From NCBI GenBank assembly GCA_013239625.1, contig MU053482.1, positions 657,168 to 721,167 of the forward strand: 64,000 nt of DNA. The letters run 5' to 3'. Source of the stretch: Lama guanicoe. Its lineage: Eukaryota. Shown here in pieces: positions 13,267-25,135 of the stretch. The stretch's first letter is position 1. Each line of letters begins with the position of its first letter. Made by a program: the position numbers and the translations under genes. Below the pieces are notes generated by a model. The model was not told the DNA's origin and made no database searches. It saw only the letters and a list, made by a program, of their open reading frames with translations.

Positions 13267-14399
13267 CACAGTTACCATGTAGACATTGTAGGGGACTAAG
13301 TTTCAATCTCAATATTATGTAGCGGCAATACTGATATAGCTTGTAAGAGACTGAGCAAAGTTCAGTAGCCTTTTAACAGCAGACGAGGACTGCTTTCATT
13401 TGAACAAGATTCTTAGATGGTTATAGAGAGAAGTATCCTCAGGAGATATAGTGGGCTTCTTGTCTGTTAGACAGATGGTTGTTCAAGCAATTGGTAAGAA
13501 TAACTGATTTGTGACTGCATTGGTACTGCAGACTTAAGGAGCAGTTTGCATTGATTACACAAATAAAGGCATATACCTCTTCTGGGATAGCGGAAAAGGC
13601 TATAAAAGGGGCATTTTTATACTGCCTGAAATTAAAATATAGAAACCAATAGAATAGAATGTGGAAGTTCCCAGATTTCAAGTGAGAATTAGAGATACAA
13701 TAGCAGTGAGAGTCATGTGTACATTGCTTGACTTTTTAAAAAATGTGATTTACATATATAGAGACCTGTTTTGAAACTTCAAAACAGTTGTGAGGTTTGT
13801 ATATGTACAAGCCTGTGTCCACAGGAAAAGAGGGATACAATTTATAATTCATTTTTCTAGCTAGCTTGAATATGCTTTATTTGTATCCTTTGATTTATCA
13901 ATGTGGCAAGATTTATAAGAAAAGCTGAGCACTTAGATCTGTTCAGTTAAGAAGCTCCAAAACACCCTGGCTCACATAGTTGGAATTTTTTTCTGAGGAT
14001 AGTGCTTTGTAAAAGCTCAGAAATACTTTCTTTCTTTGTGGAAACTGTCTTAAATGACTTAATCTATTAAGATCAACCATAATATAAAAGCTAAAGCTAA
14101 CCTGTGGAACTAATCCAAGTTCATTATAAAAACAGAAAATTCAGAAGTTGAGAAAGAAGCAAAAATCACATATAAAGTTTTCCTTTCATTTTTTGGGGTG
14201 TCCATATGTTTTACTGAATAGTTATGTACATGTTGGTTAAAGTCCTGCTTTTTTGTCATTTAAAATTGGTGAACTTTCTTTCTTGTGTAGAAGGGACGTT
14301 TTTGTGTTTTTCAGTAGAGGGAGAGGGGCAGGGAGTGAGGGGGCCAGAGTGCTGAGTGTGATGTCTGCTCCCCCTTTATCATTGGTGCATCTCTGGACA

Positions 14400-14560
14400 C
14401 TAAATCTAACCATTTGTGCCTCGGTTTGCTCATCTGAAAGGTGGTGATAATATTAAGACTCATGATGATCTCATGATGTTTTGAGGAGAATCAAGTAAGA
14501 TGATTAGGCACTTAGACCAGAGCCTGGCAGATAGTGCTTTACCATGCTAGCTGTTATATG
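14400..14560. mobile_element. MIR SINE remnant
   Basis: tgtgcctcggtttgctcatctgaaag...tgaggagaatcaagtaaga...gcacttagaccagagcctggca (MIR core). Confidence 0.65.
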
Positions 14561-16029
14561 AATAACTAGTAAATAGTCTTGAAAAACATTCAATTTGATC
14601 ATATGACTATGTAATATCATCATATGAGTCCTCTGTAATGTATTCTGGAATTTGCTTACATTTTATTTTGTTCCCCCAATTTTCCTATGTGAGGGTCTGA
14701 TTTTATGTTAGGTCTAATTCTAGAAGTAGAAATATTGGGATATAAGCAAAGAAACGATATAAATTCTTATTACAAAGAGTCAAATTGCTTTTGGAAAGTT
14801 ACAAATTCTTTGCATGCTGCCTAGGATTATATGGGAATGCCTGCGTCAGGGTACTCCTTCCAGAGTTGTCTCATAAGGACTCCCTTTGCTAATTTATTAA
14901 ACATAGCAATGAAAAGGTAACAGATGTTTTTATTTATACTGCCAATTTGTTTTATCTTATTGATTTTTGGTAGCCCTTGATAGACAAATGTCCCAAACAA
15001 CTTGATGTTTATAAATGTGGCAACATTTATTTTCAGTTTATTATATATAGGTAGCAAGATATGTTAGATAGAGTAGTGTTATAATATTTATATAGTTTCA
15101 TATATTCATTTTTTCCTTTGTATTTATTAGGCATTTTTACCCTTACAATGCACATTTTTACTTCTGAGGATATTTCCATATTTCTTCTAGATTTGCTTAA
15201 CAACCTTTAATCTCTCGGTAATTTATTTTAGTATGATATCTATGGTGAGCCTTTAAGTTAATTGTGTTTCTAAATAGCTGACTTTCCTATTAGCATTCTA
15301 AGTAATACTTCCATATTATGGATTATTATTACTTACAATTGCTTGACTATATACTGTCTTCGTATACATATAGCAGTAAGGTTATCTCCAGGCTAATACT
15401 ACTCCATTTTTCAGAGCAAATAGCCCTGAAAGATTTATCTGTACCTATAGCTTCTGGTCCTTTTCTACTATTCGTGACTCATCCCACTGTAATCAGGCTC
15501 CCCTTCACATTCACCCCCTAGTCCTGCAGTTGTGCTCATCAGCAGTGACAGAGATGTATGACTCATCTGTCTGACAAGGGAATAATAGCTTGTATATTTT
15601 ATAAAATGGTAGATGTGAATTTTAATATCATTATATGTGATTACCAGTGAGTCTAACAGGGCTTAGAGATTAACATTCCATAGGAGATACAATAAATCTT
15701 TATAATCCACATACCTCAGAAAAATTTTAATCAATTTTATAAAAATATTTCTAGAATTGCTAACTAGACAGGATTTACTTATCATTAAGTTTTCCAGCCT
15801 CCAACTTTAAGAGTGTGTGTGTGTGTCCCTGCATGATTATCTGTGTTGAAATGCACCTTCTTTACTTGTGTAAATAATCCTGCTCATTTCCTAAAACTGC
15901 TTTTTTAAAAAAATTCTAATTGGAAAGACCAGGATTTAAAATTTTCAGGCATTATTACCTTCATTTTGAATAAAAATTTTAAAAGCCTCTACTTTACAGC
16001 TTAATAATATGCAAAATGAGAATAAAATT

Positions 16030-18460
16030 GGGAATGAAAATGGTTCAGTCACTATGGAAAACAGAGGGGCAGTTTCTAATCAGCTTAAACACATATTTAC
16101 CATACAGCTAAGCAAGTTCACTACAAGATATTTACCCAAGTGAATAACTCTTTATGTTCACTCTAAAACCCATACATGAAATCTGACTAAGGAAGTGAAA
16201 GACTTATATGAAGAGTACTACAAAACATTCATAAGGAAATTAAAGATGACTTAAAGAAATGGAAAGACATCCCATACTCTTGGATTGGAAGAATTAATAT
16301 TGTTAAAATGGCCATACTACCCAAAGCAATCTACAGATTTAATGCAATCCCTATCAAATTACCTGGGACACTTTTCACAGACCTAGAGCAAATAATCCTA
16401 AAATTTATAAGGAATCACAAAAGATTGAGAATTGCCAAAGAAATACTGAAGGAAAAGAATGAAGCTGGAGGAATTAACCCTCCCAGACTGCAGACAATAC
16501 TACAGAGCTACAATAATCAAAACAGCATGGTATTGTTACAAAAACAGACATATGGATCAATGGAACAGAATAGAGAGCCCAGAAATAATGGTCAATTAAT
16601 CTTTGACAAAGGAGGCAAGAATATACAATGAAGAAAAGACAGTGTCTTCAGCAAATGGTGTTTGGAAAACTGGGCAGCTGCATGTAAATCAATAAAGTTA
16701 GAATACTCTCTCACACCATACACAAAAATAAACTCAAAATGGCTTAAAGACTTAAACATAAAACAAGGCACAATAAACCTCTTAGAAGAAAACATAGACA
16801 AAACATTATCTGACATTAATCTTAGCAATGTTCTTCTAGGGCAGTCTACCCAGGCAATAGAAATAAAAGCAAAAATAAACAAATGGGACCAAATTAAACT
16901 TAGAAGCTATTTCACAACAAAGGAAACCATAGGCAAAACAAAAAGACAACCTATGGAATAGGAGAAAATATTTGTAAAAGATGAGACTGACAAGAGCTTA
17001 ATTTCCAGACTATACTAACAGCTCATATAACTTAACAAAAAAACCCAACAACCTAATCCAAAAATGGGCAGAAGACCTAAACAAGCAATTCTCCAAGGAA
17101 GACATATAAAAGGCCAATAGGCACATGAAAAAATGTTCAATATTGCTAATTATCAGAGAAATGCAAATCAAAACTACAATGAAGTATCACCTCACACCAG
17201 TCAGAATGGCCATCATTCAAAAGACCACAAATTATAAATGCTGGAGAGGGTGTGGAGAAAAGGGAACCCTCCTACACTGCTGGAGGGAATGCAGTTTGGT
17301 GCAGCCAATGTGGAAAACAGTATGGAGATTCCTCAAAAGACTGAAAATAGACATATCATATAATAGCAATCCCACTCCTGGGCATATATCTGGAAAGAAC
17401 TCTAATTTGAAAAGACACCTGCACCCCAATGTTCATAACAGCACTATTTATAATAGCCAAGACATGGAAACAACCTAAAGGTTCATCGACAAATGACTGG
17501 ATAAAGAAGTTGTGGTATACTTATGCAATGGAATACTACTCAGCCATAAAAATAATGCCATTTGCAGCAACATGGATGGACCTGGAGATTGTCAATCTAA
17601 GTGAAGTAAGTCCAAAAGAAAAAGAAAAGTACCACATGATACCACTGTTATGTGGAATCTAAAAAAATGACAAATGAACTTATTTACAAAGCAGGAACAG
17701 ACTCGTAGACATAGAAAACACACTTGTGATTACTAGGGTGGGGGAATGGGGTGGGAAGGGATAAATTGGAAGTTCTAGATTTGCAGTTACTAAGTAATAT
17801 GTATAAAATAGATAAACCACAAGTTTATCCTGTATAGCACAGGGAACTATATTCAATATCTTAGTAACCTGTAATGAAAAAGAATATGAAAAGGATTATA
17901 TGTATGTATATGTATGACTGAACTATTATGCTGTACACCAGAAATTGACACAATATTGTAAACTGACTACACTTCAATAAAATAAAATAAAAAGCCATAC
18001 GTGAATGTTTATAATGGCTTTTTTCAGAATCAACAAAAATCAGAAGGAACACAAGTGTCCTTTAACTGATGAGTGGGTAAGTATGATACATCCATACAAC
18101 GGGATACTACTCAGCAATAAAGGAATGGACTACTAAGAGCAGAATTTGGATGTATCTCAAACATATTATACTAAGTGAAAGGAGCTAGACTCAAAATGTC
18201 TGATGCCATTTACATGAGGTGATGAAAAAGGCAAAAATAAAATCAAAAGTAAACAGATCAGACAGTTGGCAGGGGTTTGAGTGAAGGCGGGCGGGATATG
18301 GTTAGCAAAGGGCACCGGAGAATTTGGGGGATTGATGCAACTTCTAGATCTTGATTTTGGTGGTAGATATATACTCTACACATATGTCAAAGCTTGCAAA
18401 ACTGTAAACTAAAAAAGGCAAATTTTACTGTATGAAAATTGTATCTTAATAGAAATGAAA
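16030..18460 (+). mobile_element. Older L1M 3' region, host of the 16181-17989 insertion (pieces ~16030-16180 and 18006-18460)
   Basis: Degenerate L1 3' sequence (cactatggaaaacag...atatttacccaag) resumes after the insert (tgtttataatggc...tactactcagcaataaaagg). Confidence 0.7.
16181..17989 (+). mobile_element. 5'-truncated L1 (ORF2 C-terminal part, 3' UTR, A tail) with 16-bp TSD
   Basis: Frameshifted ORF2 fragments ([28 protein letters not shown]). TSD AAAACCCATACATGAA (16165-16180) / AAAAGCCATACGTGAA (17990-18005). Confidence 0.92.
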
Positions 18461-18769
18461 AGAACTGTAGGGAATGATAATTTTAAATAAATGAATATGA
18501 AGCTTTTAATGTTCTGCTCCTACAGACTTCTTTACGTGCCCATAGAAAAATTCCCCTGACATCTTGTTATTTTGTCAAGAATGTTAGTTTTTACTGTTTT
18601 GAAATACAAATATACATATTCTTTGTCAATTGAACTTGCCAACTCATGTATTGAACCAACTTCTGTGATCACCGTTGCTCCCTGTATTATATACACCCCA
18701 GGTATCATTTTTCTTCTTGCTGAAGTTATTTTATTAAAGGGGTCTTTGATAGTAAGCTCACGGCCTCCA

Positions 18770-19525
18770 AGCTCATTTAGTGAGAGAAGAGTGCAGGGAT
18801 ACCAGGCCAGGAAACGTGTCCAAAGGGATTCATTACCATCTCGTTTCCTGGACCAGCATTTCCAGGCGAGGCCATTTCAGCTGGGAAGATAAGTCCCTGT
18901 GAACTCAAGGGAGAACAGAGCATAGGGGGTGGGTCATGGGATGAGGAAACTGAGCAGCCTCCCCGAGGACAGGCCCCGGCCCACTGTTGGCCCCAGGGAC
19001 AGTGAGGCCAGGCAATGTAGCATCTCCCTTGGGCAGCCCTTCTAATATTTACTTCCCCCATATTTCTGCTTCTTTCATCTTTTCTCCCAGACCCTAGAAA
19101 GTATAAATGAAAGTCTGAGCACCTGGACCCCAGAACTCAGTCTGACAGATGCTGCAGAGCCCAACGGGCGTCATCCTCGAGGAGCTCTGTGAGAGAAGCA
19201 GTTTCTCCTCCTTCTCCACAGGCTGGAGAACAAGAAACCCATCTTCTTGCTCCATAGAAACTGCCCAAGGACTGTATTAGCTCTGTCTGTGTTTACTGCA
19301 TCTCCAGAAAAGCCCTGCAGAAGAAAAGAAGGAACAGAAGGAGCCCTACACCTGCCTTGGTCAGACTCCTTAGACTTTAAAACCAACTCAACAAAAATGT
19401 AACCAATTGGATACTGCTGGAAAAGCCCTATCTTCCTTCTCCAGTTCTACTGGAACTTCCTTGAACCTCAGTACCCAGGATACCCCGTATGGTGAGGCAT
19501 CTGAGCTTCTCACCACCTGAGGTAA
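18770..19525 (+). promoter_or_regulatory. Candidate promoter and non-coding first exon of the OR2AG2-like gene
   Basis: TCCAAAGGGATTCATTA (18819-18835), CCCCAGGGA (18991-18999), donor GAG|GTAAG at 19521/19522. Colinear with 9050-9690. Confidence 0.65.
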
Positions 19526-21149
19526 GAGCACTGTCTCACTTTCAGGGAGCCATGCAGCCCCTAAGAATGTTGGGTTGAGAGGCAGAGCCCAGTGCAGACC
19601 CCAAGAACTTCAGCTCTACTGTCTCCAGGTTCTCTGGGGCTTAGGCTCTGTACCCCAACCCAGTTCCCTCTATTCCTCATTTTCTAAACATGAGGAGGAA
19701 TCTCTGAGGACTGATGGAAGAATCTGTGCTACACATCAGTCCTGGGTATCTGCTTCCTGGTGGAAGCATCAGGACCTGTCTTTACATCCCATGGGCTTTG
19801 CTGGCCTCTGATAAAAAGTGTTTATACCTGTGTGATAATAAATGCCTCCAAAGGGACATTTAAAAGCAAATGATAGTCTTGTAGATGCTCTAATACATTT
19901 CTACCAGTAAAATTCTGTGGACCCAGCAGAGGCTAATAGAAAGGAGTGAAATGTCAAAATATGTATGATGCAATAGAATGAAGTGATTTAGAGAAATACA
20001 CTTCACTTACAGATTCTTTAACATATGTTCAAAGTTGGATTTATCTGCCTGGTTCCCATGATGCATGATGCTGATTTCTGCCAATCTGACATCCCTCCAT
20101 TTTCTAGCCTCTCTCTGGGATTGGGTACCACACAACAGCAGCAGCTTCCTGACATAAGCTCTTCTTCCATCTCCCTCTTCCATCCAGTGTGGAGACCCTG
20201 GCCCTGCAGGAGGGAGAATGGGGATCTGGGTCAGGGACAAGACAGGAAAGCTAGGATCATTGAGGCTGATTACAGCATACAACAGTGGACAGCTCTTTTG
20301 TTTCCACATCTTCACCATTTCTCCCCAAAACAAATCAACTGATCATTCTGAGCAGGTCCTCATCTTTATCATATTTCTGAGTAATCCCAGGCTCACATTT
20401 TTTCATTACCTGTTTTAAAATAAACACCTATGTTTGCATTGATCCTAACGGTTTACTTCTAAAAGTGACACCACCTCAAACATATCATTTTGTAGTGTCA
20501 GATAATCTAGAATCCCTTTTCTCTCTGGCACATGGAGAGTGTGGTTTAGGGAACTGGCTAAGGTGGACACACTTTAGTTCTTCTATGGATGCTTGTGTCT
20601 GCAGCTTTGAGAGCTGCAAACAAGTGTGGACATAAGTTGTATGGAGAAAGATACCAAGGTGCATTATTAAAATCAAATTTCTGTTCTTATTTTAGAATTT
20701 CATATTCAAAATAGATACACCCAATACTGACTAGATATTTAAATCATCTGTCAAATGTTATGCTTAAAGCATAGGTTCAATTATGATCAAGGACATGGGT
20801 GCCAGAACACTGCTTTATTCTTTGAGAGAGATGATTTGATCTTTCTGGGAAGAAACATATTCAGGTTTGGTGTCCTGAATAATATTCTTATGTAGAGATC
20901 TCCTGATATTTAACTATTACTGTGATGTCTGTTCTCCGTTTAGATGGTTCTTTCATCCAGACACTATTAAAAGAGTCAGAAACAGAGATCAAGAGGTAAA
21001 AATAAGTCACCAATGGGAAAGGCATCACCTCTTTGGACTCATGTTGGCTTCTTATTTTGGCTTCTTATGTTACCACACTAGGGTACCAGCTTAACAAAAA
21101 TTTGCTGAGGATCTATTTGCATTCTAGGCAACTACAGAAACAACACAGA

Positions 21150-22100
21150 ATGGAGCACCGGAACGCCACCCTGGGAAGTGGCTTCACATTGATGGGGATT
21201 CTGAATGACAGTGGGTATCCTGAGCTGCTCTGTGCCATGATCTCAGTCCTGTATGTGTTGGCCGTGACCGGCAATGGCCTGCTGCTCCTGGTCATCACAG
21301 TGGATGCCCGGCTCCATGTGCCCATGTACCTCTTGCTGGGGCAGCTCTCCCTCATGGATCTCCTCTTCACATCTGTTGTCACTCCCAAGGCCGTTGTGGA
21401 CTTTCTGCTCAGTGACACCACCATCTCCTTTGGGGGATGTGCCCTTCAGATGTTCCTGGCACTGACACTGGGTGGCGCAGAGGACCTCCTACTGGCCTTC
21501 ATGGCCTATGACAGGTATGTGGCCATTTGTCATCCTCTGAACTACATGGTCCTCATGAGGCCGAGGGTCTGCTGGCTCATGATAGCCACACCCTGGGTCC
21601 TGGCATCCCTGAATGCTGTAGGACATACCTTGTATACCATGCACTTCCCTTTCTGCATGTCCCGGAAAATCAAGCACTTGCTCTGTGAGATACCACTTCT
21701 GCTGAAGCTGGCCTGTGCAGATGCCTCCAGTTATGAGCTCATGGTGTATGTGACAGGTGTGACTTTCCTCTTGCCCCCTCTTGCTGCTATCCTTGCCTCC
21801 TACACACTAATCCTATACACTGTGCTCCACATGCCTTCAAATGAAGGGAGGCAGAAAGCCCTGGTCACCTGCTCTTCCCACCTGACTGTGGTCGGGATGT
21901 TCTATGGAGCTGCCATGTTCATGTACATCCTGCCTAGTTCCCTCCACAGCCCCAAGCAGGACAACATCATCTCTGTCTTCTACACGATTGTCACGCCAGC
22001 CCTGAACCCCCTCATCTATAGCCTGAGGAATAAGGAGGTCATGGGGGCCTTGAGGAGGGTCCTGGGAAAATATATGTTACGAACACACGTCACCATCTAG
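21150..22100 (+). CDS. OR2AG2: Olfactory receptor OR2AG2-like, 316 aa, intact
   Basis: ATG at 21150 and the same OR motifs. The central AVGHTLYTMHFPFC...YVTGVTFLL resembles OR2AG2 as I recall it. Acceptor AG at 21126-21127. Confidence 0.93.
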   Translation: MEHRNATLGSGFTLMGILNDSGYPELLCAMISVLYVLAVTGNGLLLLVITVDARLHVPMYLLLGQLSLMDLLFTSVVTPKAVVDFLLSDTTISFGGCALQMFLALTLGGAEDLLLAFMAYDRYVAICHPLNYMVLMRPRVCWLMIATPWVLASLNAVGHTLYTMHFPFCMSRKIKHLLCEIPLLLKLACADASSYELMVYVTGVTFLLPPLAAILASYTLILYTVLHMPSNEGRQKALVTCSSHLTVVGMFYGAAMFMYILPSSLHSPKQDNIISVFYTIVTPALNPLIYSLRNKEVMGALRRVLGKYMLRTHVTI

Positions 22101-22467
22101 GAAGAGGTTATGGCTTTCTGTCAAAATTCATTCCCCCTCAAAATCTGAAGATTCCTCCTGCAAGTGAAATACTTATGTCCCATAGTTCAGAGTATATATC
22201 TTAATAGAAAATGAAGGAGTGTAGCTTTACTCGTCATATGCTCTTTTAAACCATCTTACCACGTAGTAACTAATGACATTGTATTAAATTATGGATATTG
22301 ACATGCAAGATGGCCTTGAAAGCTCTGGATGGCAGAGCTTCTGTCAGCTTGGGTCCACAGACCTGCCCCTCTATCCCTCAGCTAAAATTTGTGTAAGTGA
22401 GAAATAACCATCTACCTGTTATATGTAACCTTCTAAGCCACTGAGATTTGGGGTTTATCTGTTAGAG

Positions 22468-22663
22468 CAGGGGTCAGCACACACCCCTGGGGCCCTGTTT
22501 ACTTACAAAAAAGTTTTAGGGGAACACATTGATTTTTATGTTATCCATGACTGTTTTCCCACTACAATGGTAGAGTTGAGTAGCTGTGATGGGACAGTAT
22601 GGCCTGCAAAGCCTAAATATATTTAGTTTCTAGCCCTTTACATAAAAAGTTTGCTGATCCCTA
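22468..22663. mobile_element. MER58-like hAT-Charlie MITE, inserted in an MLT1-like LTR remnant
   Basis: Terminal inverted repeats CAGGGGTCAGCA / TGCTGATCCCTA and 8-bp TSD TGTTAGAG / TGTTAAAG. Confidence 0.8.
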
Positions 22664-22714
22664 TGTTAAAGCAACTAGTATTATTTTACATAAAGGAAAA
22701 CTATAAGCATATAA

Positions 22715-23160
22715 TGTAGGGGGTCCACGAGAAAGAAAAACAGGCATGGCTTTCTTGACATAAGAGAAGCCACATTTGCCTTGAGCGGTTTTGTGGTCTA
22801 AGCCTGATTACAGTGCTTGCTCTTGAACAGGTCTCAGTAATTAATGATCTTAAGGGAACAAAAGAATGTAGAAACAAACAACCTTTATCAGGCGAGAGAA
22901 GTAACAATAGCAAAGATAATATGTCATTTGTAAAGACTGCCAGTTCTCTTTCAATAGTAAAGGTTAACCTGAAGCGCTCAACCACCAGATCAAATGGAAC
23001 CTGCGGGAAGGTGATGTTGACCTTTTTTGACCATGTGATTTCAATCAACTAAAGCTTGGACTCTCAACCTTTGCCCCAATTCTATGATGAATTCTCCTCA
23101 GCTCAAGCCGTTTCATGAATATGCATGTACCCTTAGCTTAAAACTTCCCCAACGTTCCCA
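22715..23160 (+). mobile_element. Truncated ERV1-type LTR (cetartiodactyl MER41-like)
   Basis: TGT start and LTR-like text (accaccagatcaaatggaacc...gaatatgcatgtacccttagcttaaaacttcccc). No 3' terminus identified. Confidence 0.5.
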
Positions 23161-24190
23161 TTCTCTAAAAAGCAGTGTACAATTTTTAGTATGCTTAAGA
23201 AGCACTTGGGGTTAGTTACAAATGAAGATTCCTGAGATCAACTTCCCTACCCCATCCTGTACTGAGAAATATTTTCAAAAAACAACCCAGGAATCACTTC
23301 AAGTCATGATATTCAAAATTATGATCTGCATTACAAATCCCTTACCAAGGCATAAAACAGTGCCCCAGCCCCCCACCTTCTTAACTTTATCTTCGTTTTT
23401 CATACTGTCCCGTAAATTCTTCAGTCTTCAGCATTTTCAGAATTACATGCTGGGCAAATTCTTTAGTACCGAAAAAAAGCATTTCTCATCTAGATTCTTT
23501 GTCTTACTTTCAGCTTTATATCTCACTATTTTCTTAATGTTACACATACTCCTAGAAAAATTCTGCCATGTTTTTCCTTAAATATGCTCTCTTTTAAGTT
23601 TTAGATACTGTTAAATCTAGAATTCAAGACCATGTTAGAAATACAACACATGAAGACTTTACTTTTTATATCTATATCCTCAGCTTCCAGAAGTGTGCCT
23701 GGAATATATAATGCGTTCAAAATATATGTGATGAATGAATGCAAGTATGAAGAAAATGATTTCATTTGCCAGAAGTGCATTCTTGCATTTGTGATAGCTT
23801 TGTTTATTTGATTCTTTGTTTTTTAATGTATAGCTATTATGTCCACTTGCTTTAATTTCCTTATTAGCTTTTATGGGCTTGGAGAGTACTGAGTGTTTAC
23901 TCACCAACTTTTCATTTCCTTTCTATCTTCTTTCCTTTTTTTCTTCCTTACTTTTCCTTCCTTTCTTCCCTCTTTCCCTTCCTTCCTTTATTTTTCCTGT
24001 TTTCCTTTCCTTTCTACATTACTTTCCTGTGTCTACCAAGGCACCTTACTTTGAACAGGCAATTTGCTGAACTTATCTGAGAAAATAGGTAGGCAAATAG
24101 GAGAAGAACAAAGGTGGAGGAATGGGATGAAAATGGGAAATTTTTGTATTAAAATTACTTCTCTCTATATCCTTAAAATCGTGATCATAA

Positions 24191-25135
24191 TTAGAGATTT
24201 CCACTTTCAAAAAGACTGTTTTGCACTCTCCTGAGAGCCTCTTTGACATCCTTGTTCCTCAGACTATAAATGATAGGGTTCAGCATGGGTGTCACTGCTG
24301 AATAGAACACAGAGATCACTTTATCTCTTTCATTCATTATTTTGGAGTTTGGTCTCATGTAGGCAAATATGGCTGACCCATAGAAGAGGATAACAACAAT
24401 GAGATGGGAGCCACAGGTAGAGAAAGCCTTGAGCCTCCCCTCCCCAGACTGCATCCGGATCACAGTGGAGATGATATTCCAGTAGGAGATGAGGATTAGG
24501 GAGACAGGAGCTAGGAGGATGGCCACACCCATTGCAAAGATGGCCATTTCTGTGCTGTAGGTGTCAGCTAAAGCCAGCTTCAGGAGGGCAGGGGGCTCAC
24601 AAAAAAAATGGTTAATGATACTGTTCCCTCTGTAGGGCAGCCACAGTGTGAATGTGGTGTCCACCAGAGACACAAGCGCTCCACTGGCCCAGGACCCTAT
24701 GGCCATCTGGACACATACCCAATGTGTCATGATGGTGGAGTAGTGCAGCGGCTTGCAGACGGCCACGTAGCGGTCATAGGACATCACTGCCAGTAGTGCA
24801 CACTCAGTACACCCAACCAGCAGTAAAACAACTATCTGTGTTGAGCATCCAGCAAAGGAAATGGCCTTCCTTCTTACCAGGAAGTGGGCTAGCACCTGGG
24901 GAACTGTGGTAGTAGAAAAACAGAGATCAGCAAAGGACAAGTTTCTAAGGAAAAAGTACATGGGTGTATGGAACCTGGAGTCTACGTGAGTGAGCACAAT
25001 GATGAGCAGATTTCCCAGCACAGTCAGCAGGTAGATGATCAGAAAAAGGAAGAAGAGCAGGACTTGTGTCTGTGGATCCTGCGAAAGGCCCAGGAAGACA
25101 AATTCAGTCACGTAAGTGTGGTTTTCTTCTCCCAT
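24191..25135 (-). CDS. Olfactory receptor, family 2 subfamily D (OR2D3-like), 314 aa, intact
   Basis: [12 protein letters not shown] start; motifs [53 protein letters not shown]. Confidence 0.95.
   Translation of the reverse strand: MGEENHTYVTEFVFLGLSQDPQTQVLLFFLFLIIYLLTVLGNLLIIVLTHVDSRFHTPMYFFLRNLSFADLCFSTTTVPQVLAHFLVRRKAISFAGCSTQIVVLLLVGCTECALLAVMSYDRYVAVCKPLHYSTIMTHWVCVQMAIGSWASGALVSLVDTTFTLWLPYRGNSIINHFFCEPPALLKLALADTYSTEMAIFAMGVAILLAPVSLILISYWNIISTVIRMQSGEGRLKAFSTCGSHLIVVILFYGSAIFAYMRPNSKIMNERDKVISVFYSAVTPMLNPIIYSLRNKDVKEALRRVQNSLFESGNL

Noticed and set aside
21033..21149. N-terminal extensions of OR ORFs in the track (also 12259, 41714, 52113)
   Set aside because: They begin at non-ATG codons, and those at 12259 and 21033 cross a splice acceptor. 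The ATG just before the N-glycosylation site fits the family start.
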